Assembly (NCBI RefSeq): GCF_018977255.1
Contig: NW_024704743.1
Coordinates: 115,880,001 to 115,944,000 of the forward strand
Reading direction: 5' to 3'
Length of the DNA: 64,000 nt
Source of the DNA: Callorhinchus milii
Lineage: Eukaryota
A program made the translations under genes and the position numbers. The notes under the pieces were generated by a model. That model was not told the DNA's origin. It saw only the letters and a list, made by a program, of their open reading frames with translations, and did no database searches. Each line of letters begins with the position of its first letter. The stretch's first letter is position 1. Shown piece by piece: positions 1 to 13,700 of the stretch.

Positions 1-1384
1 AAGATACGCATTCACTGCACTTTACAGTAAATCCTGTGAAGCTCTTTGAGGCATCTTCCTGAATTGAAAGGCGCTACACGAAATGTGAACAGCCAAGGGT
101 TATTATTATAAATTTTGGATTTTCTGAGTAAATCTAGACACAGGTGGAATTTTGTCCCCCTTTCCCCCCCATGCATGTACATACACTGCGAGAGAAAGCA
201 AGGGAGTAAAACTATACTTCAGAGGTTACAAGTCAACAGTATTTCCTTCTATTTTCTGACTCATTGGTAATGTGAAAAGATCTGGAATTTAATAAACATT
301 AACACAATAAATAATATCCTTTCAGATCTCCGGGGAAGGGAAAGCACATTCGTTAGCGAGATGGCTGATCTTGTGAAGGAACCTATCCTTATTCTCATCA
401 CATTAATACTGCAACACTTTTAATTTAGTTGAGCATTAAAGAACCATAAATACAAAAGCACTCTCGAGAACAAACACCCAATGCAATTTTCAAAAAGTAT
501 TCAAATGATCAATCCTAATAATAAAAGTTAAACGTTTAATACCGAAACTCTGCCGTCATGGTGCGATAAAGCATCATCTAGCACGGATACAGTCAATAAC
601 TGCACCACAGCAGACAGCAGGAAGTCAAATTGTCATCTCATTCAGAACAAGCCAATGGGATTTTGCTCATGGGTGCATTTAAGAACAAGTANTTTTTTAC
701 CCGCTGCACTGAATGATGACCTTTCAGCTTGCTATTGGCAATTGCTTCACCGTATAAATATATACAGAAAAAGCGTAATTGGTGGAGGTGAAGGATGATG
801 TCAAGGTAAATGGGACCAAAACATATAATTCTTAAAAATTCCACCTGGGTTAGATTTACTCTATTTTCTCAGCATTTCAGAGCCTGGCGGGTTCTTCAGT
901 GTGGATTTAGTTTTGAAAGAGGGATTTCTCTAAGTTTCTGGTGTCCTGTAGCAATTGGCTGTATGTTTCACCCACAAAGTATGCAGTCGATTCACTTTAC
1001 AATATATTCTGTGAAGTGCTTTGAGACGTCTCAACGACGTGATAAGGCGCTATATCAAATGCAAGGGTTATTATTATTACGTTTTCTTTTTAAGAACTAC
1101 AAAAACTAACTTCACAGTTAAAACTCAATGCAATGATTTGCCAAAATTTGAATACTCTGGACGATGTGAAAAGGTGCTACATCAAAAGCGAGGATTATTA
1201 TTTTCATGGAATCCCATAGCGTAGTGGAGGGTCACATGGCCTTGATGGGCTGTAAAATGTTATGATTCTATGCTTTTGTGATTTTAATGTTTCCTTCCCT
1301 CTCCGATAACCTCCCAAGATGTGCATCACAATTCCATAGTCATTCACTTGCGAGTTGGAGGGGCTGGAAGGCTTGTGTGCTATA

Positions 1385-1452
1385 CAAACACCAGCATGGA
1401 CTAGTCGGGCTGAACGGCCTGTTTCCATGCTGCAATGTCCTGTGCAATTCTG
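1385..1452 (+). mobile_element. CR1-type 3' tail
   Basis: gcatggactagtcgggctgaacggcctgtttccatgctg. Similar tails occur near 33870 (+), 32775 (-), 25450 (-) and 16235 (-). Confidence 0.6.
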
Positions 1453-1592
1453 CGGTAACATCTGGGTAACAGCTGCTGTGCCACCCAGGGACCAACGATC
1501 TGATACAGGCTTCTCTCTTGATTTTAAAATACAGCAAAGGTTCAAATTAAAACTTTTTCTTTCAAATGAGAAGTGCGAATTTTCCAGTTTAC

Positions 1593-1766
1593 CTTATTTC
1601 TCAGGTATGAATCGGGGGCTGTCCAGTAATACAAGGCGGGGAGGCCTTGCCTGGCTTCTGTGTTGTTGATGCTGATTTGGTTGAGGCCATCAAACAAATC
1701 CTGTTGAGGCTTCACACTCTTTACACCCTGGATATCAGTCACTCGCCAGTTCTTAATGTCTGTAAC
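1593..1766 (-). CDS. LAMA1: LAMA1 exon 12 (174 nt; start of L4/IV domain)
   Basis: Acceptor tttgaag|; encodes [58 protein letters not shown]; donor AAG|GTAAAC. Confidence 0.94.
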
Positions 1767-4700
1767 CTTCAAAACAAAGCGAGTTATTTGATTTTGTTAT
1801 TCACACACGCGCGCGCAAAGACACACAAACACACAACACACGTGGGTGCACACATAAAGTTACACATACAAAGATATATATACACACACACAAACACAGA
1901 CACACACACACACACACACATGCGTACACACACAAAGATACACACACGCACAAAGATACATACGTACACAAAGATACACACACACACAAAGACACGGATT
2001 CACAAAGATACGCACACAAACATAAACGCAAAGATACACACATACAAAGATACACGCGAGCACACACACACCTGTGTAATAGGCCAGGGAATACTCTTGC
2101 AAAGACTGGAGACTCCAAAGCAGAAGCACTCTGTGCAGCCTTCAGGATTTCTCTCCTGCAGATTGTAGAATCCTTCCTTACACTGGTCACAGTCCTCTCC
2201 CTCCACGTTGGTCTGTAATTCACAAATATTCAGATGTTAGTCTGACACTATGAGGTGACACCTCGAAACCCACTCTTTTCTAGTGCAGGCGACAATGTCG
2301 GTTGGCAAATTTATGGGCAGCAACTCTTTGGGAAATAATGTGGAGAGCCTGACGTTTACTAACCTTGCATTGACAGGGCTCAGAGCAGGGATCCTCATTG
2401 ATGCTGCCTATCAGGCTGCAGTTACAGCGCACACAGTGGGGAAAACCCCGGAAACCAAATGCACAACGATCACATCTCCTCCCAGCGTAGCCTTCCTGAC
2501 AGTGACACTGACCGGGGGCCAGAGAGGCTGCAAGAGGAGAATGAGAAGTTAAGGAGTGAAGGTTCCTCACTCCAACCCCTGCCCAATATATGCATGTTGA
2601 TCTGCTGTTCTTCTGGTTGATGTTACAGATCTCCTGACCCTATTGGAGAAGCCTAGGGAGATTCTCATGGTATCCTGCCAGAATAAAGGCTGTTTGTATG
2701 TGTTACCAAAAAAGTAACACTTTACGTTTATTCCCTCATTTGTTCTTTCTTTCTCTCTCTATGTCTTTCTCTTTTTCTCTCTCTTTCTCTCTGTTTTTCT
2801 TTCTTTTTCTGAGAAAACTGTACAACCCTCAAAAGGCGGATCTGAGTTAAGCTTTGACAGGGTGAATAGGGCCAAACCCACAAAAATGTGCAGTCTATTC
2901 ATTTTACAGTATATTCTGTGAAGCACGTCTCAAAGACATGATAGGCGCTATATCAATGCAAGGATTATTGTTATTATTATTATAAGGCGAAGCTACTTCC
3001 CTATGGTAGGGAGTCAGCAACCAGAGGACAATAGATATAATAAGATAATTACAAGAAGAGTGAAAGGAGAGCTAACTCCTTCTCAATCATATAGGCACAA
3101 TTGTCTGACAGACTAAGAGAAGGTGGAATTCTGGGCCTGACGGTTTGATAGTAAACTCACGGTGCTCAGAGGCTGCTTGAATGTCATCTTTCACGCAAAT
3201 CCTATTTCTTGACCCTGACAGATCACAGCTGCATGGCAAGCACGGAGCTCGTTCGTGCGGGGACACCTGCAAAAGGATGGACACTGAGAGATAGACAACG
3301 CTAATCCCAATTCTATTGATCTCCTTGCTATTACACAAATACAACTAGACGATGTGTACCACACAGGAAGCTGCTCAGCTCATGAGAAGCTCTCCACTGG
3401 AGTTAATCCACTGATTACCTTGCTTACTCCACGCACTTTTCAATAGTCACAAGCACTATTTGTGACCCGTGGGCCACATCCAGCCAGAGACCACTTCCAA
3501 TATTCCAACCCATTCCCTCCCTCCCTCCCCCCCCCCCCGTTTGACGTCCTCCCAAGCCAGCGGGAGGTAGCCGGCGGTTGGGAGGACGCAGCACAGTCGC
3601 AGAGCCTTTACTGCAGTCTTGACAGGAAAGCAAGTGCGTCTCTCACCAACCGGATCGTTAGCAACCAACCGCCGGCTCCTGTCGCTGCAGATAGTGAGCC
3701 GTGTTTGGGAGAGAGAATGGGAGAGGAGGGGAGCGAAAGAGGGGGGGGAGAGAGAGGTGGGGGAGGGGAGAGAGAAAGTGGAGGAGAGAGAGGGGTGGGG
3801 GAAGTGAGAGAGGGGTGGCAGTTATTATTATTAATAGGGGGGTTATTATTATTACTATTATTATTATCTTCATCAATACCATTTCCCTGCCCTTTCACCA
3901 TATCCCTCCATACCCTGGCCTAACGCATATTCATCTATCTTCCTCTTACATATTTGCATTAACCTGGTGTCCATAAACTTTTTGAGGGTTGCGAATTCCT
4001 CATCTCCATAACCCTCCATGTCACATTTCACTCTTAACCGGCTGAGCTGTACATTTTTAAGATTACGCAACATTATGTGAGCGCGTTCTCCTCAGCTTCA
4101 CACTGGAGTGTTCGCCCACGTGGGGCTTGAACCCATAATCTTCTGACCCAGAGTGCGAGAGTGCTGTCGACTTAGCCAAACTGGCAGGTGCGCTGGCGTC
4201 CAGCAGTTCACCACCTCATCACACAAAGGGCGAAAGTAGTTGAATGCCGGTGCCTAATGGGGGCAGTTTACCTCCTGGGGACGGTAGTAGCCGTCGATGC
4301 AGGTCTCACAGTTGATTCCTGCTGTGTTGTTGGTGCAATTGATGCACACTCCACCACCAATGTACTGGCCCAGAGTGTTCATGCTCATGTTGCGATCAGC
4401 CACATTCTGGTCATAGTAACAGTCCTCTGCTTTACCATGGCAGTTGCACTCTGATGAGAGGAATCAGACAAACATATTGCCTTCAGCACCCCGTACCTTT
4501 ATACCCCGAGCGCAGACTAACGGATCCGTAACACATTACAAAAATACCACAAAACAAATATATCCAATCTGTAATGAAGCCTACTAGACTCACAATCATT
4601 ACACTTCACAGTTTTTCCTGTGAAGTGCTACAAGACGTCCTTCTGATGTGAGAGGCACGTTATCAGATGCAAGGATTATTATTATTATTCTTACTTTGAT

Positions 4701-7700
4701 ATGGCGCCTTATCACGCCTTCAAGCTGTCTCAAAGCGCGTCACAGACTATACTGTAAAGTGAATTGACTATATTTTGTGGGTGAAACGCGGCAGCCAATT
4801 GCGCACAGCAGTGTCCCACAAACAGTTGTGGATTGAAGTGACCAATTTATTATTATTACTTTTTTTAAAGGAATTATTACCACGGGGAAAGCGATCCAAC
4901 AATCGACTAACAACTGGGTTCCTAATTACTGCTAGGTAAACAGAGGCGTGTGGAGTAAGGAAACTGGCCCAACATTTTGCCCTGCAGAGAATTGAACCCA
5001 GGTCTCCCGCTTGTGAGGTGAGTGCTCTAACCACTGCAGCTTTATTATTATTAATAATTATTAAGTACTTTGGGACATTTTCCTCTGTGAAAGTTGCTGT
5101 AAGAGTGTAAATGGCTATTATTATCCATTTTTTTCCATGCATTTCATGATCTTTGTCTGGGGGCTGCGAACACTATCAGGAGATCACCCACAGAACACAC
5201 AATCACTGTACTTCAAAGTGACTTTAAAGCGCAGTGACTATATGTTTTGTGGGTGATCGCCTGATATTGTCCTTGGGTCTCCAGTCAAAGATCTTTGGGA
5301 AGTTCTCCCATGTGAAAGGCGCTATACCAAACATAAGGCTTATCGTGAATTCTTCGATACTCACTCTCGCAGACATTTTCGGAGGTAAAGTTGCCAGATT
5401 TCCAGGGGTGCTGATGGTAGCCAGGGCAACACTCATTGCAGCTCTCTCCACAGGTGTTGTGCTCACACTGGCACTTTAGTTGCTGTTGAACATTAAAAAA
5501 AAACAAAAGTGACACGTCCTTCCACTCATGTTTCACATTTCAGGTGGCCCAGAGCAGTGCAGGCGAGGCAGTGACAATATGGCACGGAAAGAAAGAGTTT
5601 AAATGAAAGATTTGGGGTACACTGCAACAGTCGAAGGAGTGGAGACTAAAATGGCATCACTGAGGCTGAACCCCATCAAAACTGGATTTGTAAAATTACG
5701 TTCAGATTGAAAACATTTCGCCCGAATTAAACCAGCTCCGAGTCCCCCAGACCATCCTTCTGAGTATTTGGACCTTTCCCTCTCTTTTTCTCACTCTCTC
5801 TCCCCCTCCATTGTTCCAAGAGGTTTCTTCATTGCTCGGAATATATCTTCTTGTTACTGCCAAGGGCATTTGGCCAATTCCTAATGTAACCCAGATTGAG
5901 GAATGCGATCACCGGGGCCCGAAAATACTATCAGCTCCTTATTTTCCCCAGTGCCGTAGTGTGAACCTCAGTGAATGTGGATTTCCTTACACAGTCGCAT
6001 GTCAGCGACACTGTTATTGATTGCGTTTTTACACACTCTCCCTCCCCACACTCACTTCTCCCACCTGCTGGGCCCGCAAAATGTCACGAGTTTCAGAGTG
6101 GATACGATTCAGCTGTTGTCCTCTGAGGGACTTAGGAACACAGGAACTACAGGCTCTCCAGCCCAATCCAATCCAGACTGTCTCACCAATTTATTATGTA
6201 CCAGTAGATCTTTTATTCTCACCATTTCTCCATCTACCTTAAAGTATTAAAAATCATACGGTACAGAGATAAGGCACAAACCGCTGTTCATAATTTAGCC
6301 ACAAATGTATAAAGGTATGGGTGGGGTTGGAGGGGGGAGGAGGATGGGAAGAAGATGCATTTTTCATAAATAATCATGATGATTAATTATTTTCCATTAA
6401 AGTGCAGTGTAAAAGGCTCAGCCTGTGTATATTATATACCCACTGGTGTATCTAGGAATGTAAAGCTACTACGAACCATTCGTGTCTCATCCCATGGACA
6501 GCTGCGTGCGTGACCATAGCAGATACACATGCCTCCGACCGAAATATCCTTCAGGGAGTAGTAATACTGCGGAAAAGGAAAAGAAACCGTGAACTGAGAC
6601 GCTAAGAGATGCAACGGTGTTTGGAGCAACAGATAAATTACGCATAATCACGATCAGAGATGCTGTGTGCTGACAGATGCCTGCCCCCACCCCCCCCGCC
6701 ACACACACACACACACACACACAGAGCTTGAGCATCTCAAAGACAGTCATCTTTAAAAACCTGGAGAATTAATGCACACAGCACATGATAACACCACTCA
6801 GCCATATTCCTTCCTTCCCCACACAGAAGTACAGTATATGTGAAAAGCTAAACTTGAAGGGTAAATAAACTCAGCAAGCTGGTGAACTGAGATTTGCTGT
6901 CTTGTGGTAGGTTTACATCAACAACTACCTGCATTTATATATAGCGCCCTTCATACGGGTTAGTGTCTTGGAGCGCATACTGGGCGTTTAAAACCAAATG
7001 CAAGCGGGGCAGGTTTGAAAAGTCAGTGTTGCTTCATCCGATGATCTCTGTGAATGTATCCAGCGAGTAGCTGAGCTCAACCAGACCAGATCAGTTCCTG
7101 GTCCAGGACAGCAGTAAGAACACTACAATCGCCCTAATTGCGGTACAAGAAGCAGGGAAGAATGGCCACTGGCGTTTTTGGGGTCCTTACCCTGCGAGTA
7201 ACAATGGGATCGACTTCCTTCGGGTCCCGGTAGCTCAGGGTCATGAGGTCAGCGTTGAGTGTTCTGATGCGCTGAAGCTGGAGACGAATGTAACGAGCAG
7301 AGGTGAAATCCAACAAAGTCTGAGATGGATCGTCAGCGCTGGGTCTGCCATTGATCAGCGAGGTATGAATCTATAAGTGGATGAAAGGGGCAGTGAGGTT
7401 AGAGGAATCTGCACAAAACACATAGATTCACACCACTTTACATGATGTATCATGTAAAACTGTATTAAGTTACCCCCCTGGGCTTTCTTCTTCTATATCA
7501 TCTCGATGACGTGATGGACAGATGGTAAAGCTGGGTCTTCTGGAAGAATGAGATGAAATGGACCGATGTGCTTTCTTCATCCAAAACAATTTTGTGATCT
7601 CTTTGGAAATTATCAAGTCTAATTACTGCTAATAATAATCTTTGCGCCTGATTTAATGAGAATAATATTGAAACGTCCCAAAGTTTCTCAGACTATGAGA

Positions 7701-10700
7701 TTCCAAGACTCAATGTGAGGCCTAAACCCACAACCTTCCGACTCAAGAGGCGAGAGTGCTACAATTGTGCACCAGACTGCCACATGCACCTTTCACATCG
7801 CTCTCAAAGTGCTTCACACAACTGACAGGGAACCCAAACTGGGGGAAGTGGGAGAGCTGGGGGGGGGGGGGAAATGAGGCCGCAAGTATAATCAAAGAGA
7901 TGGGTCTTATCGCAGATTTTGAAGGCTGGGCGGGAGGGTGAAAAGCAGAGGGATTGCAGGTTTTAGTTTCAGAGAGTAGGGGCAGAGTGGCTGAAGGCTT
8001 GCCCACCAAATGGTACATGGACAGATGTTTGCTGAGCAGAGGGAATGGCGGGGGCAGTAGGGGATGGTGAGCTGTGAAGCTGTGTTTATGCTGCTGCCAG
8101 TGAGGCTTTTGCTAGACATACATCGTAGAGATTATATGAGCTTTTTTGATTCTATCATTGTCTGGACCTGGTCCCCTCTATAATTAAATTCCTTTCCTTG
8201 GAATATTTATGTCTGTATTTTTGCACCTACAGTACAGGTAATATTTCATTTCTTACATGTCTTCCTGATAGCATGATCAGTGTCAACACTCTTGTTTGCA
8301 AATCTTTAGCTGCAATCCACGTCTCTGCTGCTCCCTTTAGTTTTACATTGACAGTAAATCTGATTGCAGAACAATTGGTTTTGGTGTCAGGTAATATATG
8401 TGAATCAGAAACAATTGACCCGAAAGTTATCTAGTCTCAGGTCGAGAGATCATTTGTTTTGAAATTTACAAAGAATTGTTGGAACATTCTTAAATTCAAT
8501 CTTAAGTAGGAAGCTGTTTTCTCACAGTTCTTTAAAAGGAACCAGCTTTCAAAATAGGACTGAATTTTAAAAAATCTCAATTCTGAGTTATCTTAAAATT
8601 TAACACATTTTTCTCCAAGGTTAAGATTGGGTGGAATTTTAAGGCCGCCTGGGATCCAGTTTCATATTTATAACATTGAATGTGCCAGATCCACACATTC
8701 CACCCGCTGTTCTCAATGGTGAGGTCCTGAGAAGAATTGAATGCCTAGCTCATGGTCTGTTGGGTTTATTGAGTGTTTTGTTTACTGAAACGCTGAGATC
8801 CCAATAGCCAGTGGTAAAAAAAATTCTCAAATCTAACATCCCCAGCCTTGATCAATCTCACCACTGAGAATATTCATCTGAAAATATCAAGTTTTCCTTT
8901 TAAGGAGAGAGAGAGTATGTGGGAGAGAGAGAAAAATACTACTGATAAAAATCCTTGCATTTGATATTAGTGCCTTATCACGTCTTTGTGATGTCTCAAA
9001 GAGCTTCAACGAATATATTGTAAAGTGAATTGACTGTATGTTTTGTGGGCGAAACGAAAGAGAGAAAGAAAAAAAGAAAAAAAGAGAGAAAGAACAAGAG
9101 AACTAGAAGAAGAGAGAAAAAAAAAGTAAAACAAAGTAAAAGAAAACTAAAGAGAGAAGCTTGCAGTTTGGTCTGTAATATAAAACTTCTCAAAGAGCAA
9201 TTCATATTTTGTGTAGTTACTGTCTTTTGTAGGCATCAGTTTTATTTTGCTGTGTTAAATTCATCACTGGCCAGATTCCTGCTGATTTCTTGTCAATGTT
9301 AAGGTAGGAAGAGAAAATGCTCAGCGCAGAGGAACCAGCTCCATAAATCTTGAGAATGTAACAAAAAAAATCGACCTTGTTTAATAGATCTCTTGGGGAG
9401 GCAGAAACGAGTAACTGATGGAACTCTACGCTCAGCGATTCTCAGATACAAACAGTGAAAGCAATCGTTACTCAATTGTTGAGCATTTTTCTCCTGGAGT
9501 GCAGAGAGCAATTACAATTTCACAAGTTTATGAAAACTTTTACTCAATTCTCAATTTAAAAATTTGTATTGCAACAAATACATCAATCCCTCAAATAAAA
9601 TTGGTCATTCATTTCAGTTTGAGGGACGTTGCTGTGCGCAAACTAACTGTAGCCTTTGTCTACAAAATTCTGTCACTATACTCTACAGTGAATCCTGCGC
9701 AACGCTTTGACACGTCCCAACATGAAAGGTGCTGCATCAAATGTAAGGATAGCTATTATTATTATCAATAAAATTGGATGGACATTTTGAAACCAATATA
9801 AAGAGTACAAAGAAAGAGCAGAAAATTGTGTGGTGGGGGGGGGGTGGGTGGAGTGGTTATCTCCAATGGAGAAGATGACACCAGCTTTGGTTCCTTCAAT
9901 GGTGCAATTCCCATGAATTTAATGTTCTATACAAATGTGCTGTCCATCATTTGCAAAGCAAGTAATCATACCATGTACAAACAGATACAGGGCTGGAGTC
10001 CAGGTTCATCTTTCTGGTAGAACCAGAATCATCGAAAAATCATCAAGGAACTTGAAATTCCTCACTGGCCATCCAGTCCATTTCAGTATAATAATCCTTG
10101 CAATTGATACAGCACCTTATCACTTTGTTGAGACGTCTCCGGGACTCTACCCTGTGTGAAGGATGCTATATAAATGCAAGTCGTCGTTGTTGTTGTCTCA
10201 AAGTGCTTCACAGAATATACTGTAAAGTGAATTGACTGTGTATTTTGTAAGCGTATGTGGCAGCCAACCAGCAGTGTCCCACAAACAGTGATGGATTAAG
10301 TGACCAAATTAATTTTTTTTAAGGGATATTACTCTTGGAAAGCAATCCTCCAATCGACTACAACAGGCTTCCTACTTACTTTCAGGTAAACAGAGGCGTG
10401 TGGAATAAGGAAACTTGCCCAAGGTTTCGGCCTGCCCAGGATTGAACCCAGGTCCTCTCGCTTGAGAGGCGAGTGCTCTAACCAATACACTATGGAACTG
10501 CACTGTCGTGTAACATATTGGTTAGAGCATTTTGGTTCATTCCTGGTGATCCATGTCGATCAGCAGTACATTATTTCTAGGCAAACTGGGCGCCTGAAGT
10601 TCCTTACATTCACATTCTTAGGCTTGAGATGGTTGATATTAAACTTTAGGATCATGTATTGGAAAACAAAGTCATAAATTAAATTTGAATCTGGCAGCTG

Positions 10701-13700
10701 ATTTTCCTCATCGTTTTTCTGGTGCTGTGGAAATTGGCTTTCAAATTCAGACTGAATACATTTTAAAGGCTTTCAAAATTCTGAAGTCAATAGTCTTTAG
10801 GCTAAGACTATGGGAAATAATGGTGCTGAGGAAGTTAGCACTATGGGGAGGAGTTGGGAGAGAGGGGGGAGTGTGCGAAGGGTGGAGATGAAATTCCAGT
10901 CTGTGATCTTTGTAGTAGCTTGGACCATGAGACCCATTCCATTAGAAGCTAACATTGTCAAAGCTGCTACAGGGAACACAGGCCAGAATGATAGCCCTCT
11001 GCTGGTATAATCACTAAGGTGAGGACATTAAAAATCCTCGTACTTTATGTAGCACCTTATCATGTTTTCCAAATGCTGCAACGTGCTTGCACTGTCTCCA
11101 GAATTCTACTGTAACTTTCTGGAATTCTACTGTAACTTCTTGGTATTTACTGTAACCATGATTATGTATTTAAATAATAATCCTTGCATTTGATACAGCG
11201 CCTTATCACGTCTTCGAGATGTCTCAAAACGCTTCACAGAATACACTGTAAAGTGAATTGACTGTGTATTTTGTAGGCAAAATGTGGCAGCCAATTGAGC
11301 ACAGCAGTGTCCCACAAAGGAGCTTATGTAGCAATGGAAAGCAGGACTTCCTGATGACTTCACCCCACATCTACCCTCCCAGGAGGCACAGAGGCTTTGG
11401 GTCATTAGCTAAGGTATGTAGGGGAGAATGAATGAAGAATGGTCACAGAGCAAATGTCCGCACTTCCTCAAACGCTGACTGGAGAATAGAAACTTTCATT
11501 ACATACAGTAACTTGTTCAGTTTGACCGATCCACTGGACATTAAAGTCACTGTAGCGTGCAAACTGGGAGATTAAATCATACTCAACATATCTAACAAAT
11601 GGAGACTGAAATGATGGGTAAAAGGAAGCACTGTATAAACCAGGTGAAGGTCTCACATGGGCGATTTTAAGATGCAGCAGAAATTGCTGATGCCAGTGAA
11701 CAGCCCACTCAAAATTTACTGAGTGTTGAGTGTTTTATGCCTCTCATTATGCAGTGGATTGGGCCCTTAAGTAAAGGGATAGCACTTTTTCACCTCGTCT
11801 GTCACAGGTTAGGTATTGCAACACATGATTGAATGTCACACCTGGGAGGTGGACTGCTTCAGCCATGCAGGAACAACTCAGTTGGAATTGTCATGGGTTT
11901 CTTTCTACCCTTCTGATCTACTATCTCTGCCTCTACCTAGCTCTTGTGCACTCTGTACCAGATAAACGGAAACCATACATATGGGGAACTCTCAGTTTGG
12001 GTTGGAGACTCTTAACCATGGTGATGGATTTTCACGTTTGTCACACACACAATGAATCAACCAATCGATCGATTAACCAATCAATTGATTGATCAATCGA
12101 TCCATCCATCTATCAATCAATCAATGGGACGACATAAAAGAGGAAATTCATCCAGGAATGGACTCATTAGGCTCTCGACCTTTTTGACTCATTTCTTTCT
12201 ATGTGTAATAATAATTATCCTTCCATTTGATATCACGCCTTATCACGCTTTTGTGATGCCGCAAAGCGTTTCACAGGATATACTGTAAAGTGAACAGACT
12301 GTATATTTTGTGGACGAAACGTTGTGGCAAAGTCCCTAAAGCATAGTCCATTTAATTGGATGCCGGAGGGGTAACAGAGCAGCTATTGTTCACCTTCTCA
12401 ACCTACAGAGACTATCTAAAGGCAACTTAGGTGCCATACTAACAGAGACCTAAAACAAAGACACAGGGCATCCACGTCCTGGAAACTGTTTAAGCTCACT
12501 CAACTCCAGTTGCTAACTTAGTGAATGGATGTACAGTTAAGAGAGTGAGGTGCCTACATGCTTGGCTGGGGAAATTGAGTGTCCGTGTTCATTGCAGATT
12601 CGCTGACGTTTGCTGCTGAGCCACTGTGGATTTTAATGTAGCTTTGCATCACGTGCCTCACAATGAGTGAGTGACTGAGAAGCGACATGAATGCGCCCTA
12701 GTTAGACAAAGAACAATGAGTCGGGAAGCCCGACAATGGAGTGTTTTAATTACTGCGCTGAGATTCCTCGCCTCAGGATTCCAGCTGTGCCCAGTCCTTT
12801 CGCAAACATTCCTGGCTTTCTGTCACCCGGCTAAGCATTTCTCCACCACCCTGGATAGAAACCAGCGAGGCTGATCCTAGGGGGGGCTTCATGCAAATGG
12901 TTAAAAGTTCATGGCTGTTTGTGGGACATTTGGCACAACTGCCTGCAAGATAAACAGTCACTCTACTTTACAGTGAAGCTTTTTGAGACCTTTCACACCG
13001 ACGACACAAAAAGCGCTGTATCAAACGCAACGATTGTAATTAAAATGTCTGGTAATGTTCAGCGAGACAAGGGCACAAATTCTAGCAAAGCACAAAAAAG
13101 GAATTAATGGCGAGGTTAGAAAGACAATGTCTTTGCAAGAAGGTGGGGGGTTGGAATGTGGAATTCCCCGTCACATAACGTTGCTGAGGTAAGTTACACA
13201 AATTCTTTCAAAAAGGAATTAGATGATTGCTTGAAAAGGAGGAATATTAAAGGGAATGTGTGTGGGCTGTGAGCAGGGTTCCATAAATTCCACATTCTCT
13301 TATGCCTAAGACCTTCTCTTTATAACAATTGTGTGGAGTTTGGGAAAACAACCTTAAATTTTGTCTCGATTCAGAAGCCTATTCCCTGCAGCACTCAAAA
13401 ATACTGCCAGATTTCCAGCAGGGTTAAAAAGTGACTTGTTCTATCAAGATTATTCATTCCAACAGACCATGTATGGGTGTCTAAAATCCATAGCAATGGC
13501 TAAGGCCCTGCATGAAGGGCGCTATATAAATGCAAGTGTTATTGTTGAGAGACCAAAAGAGGGGGCTCCTTCTTCATCGAAACATTCATTGTTCATTCAC
13601 TTCATGGGTGTTTGTGTGACATAGTTCTCCCGACGTGCTCCTGGGAGCTAAATGTAAATTTGTATTGTATTGCTGTGTAAAAATCTGGATTGCCGTGTTT

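Noticed and set aside
1..1592. LAMA1 exon 13 (expected LTAFGG...-like)
   Set aside because: No matching frame found by eye; it probably lies left of the window.
1647..2223. Overlapping Cys/Val- or His/Thr-rich ORFs
   Set aside because: Products of the (CA)n repeat in intron 11 read through from exon 11.
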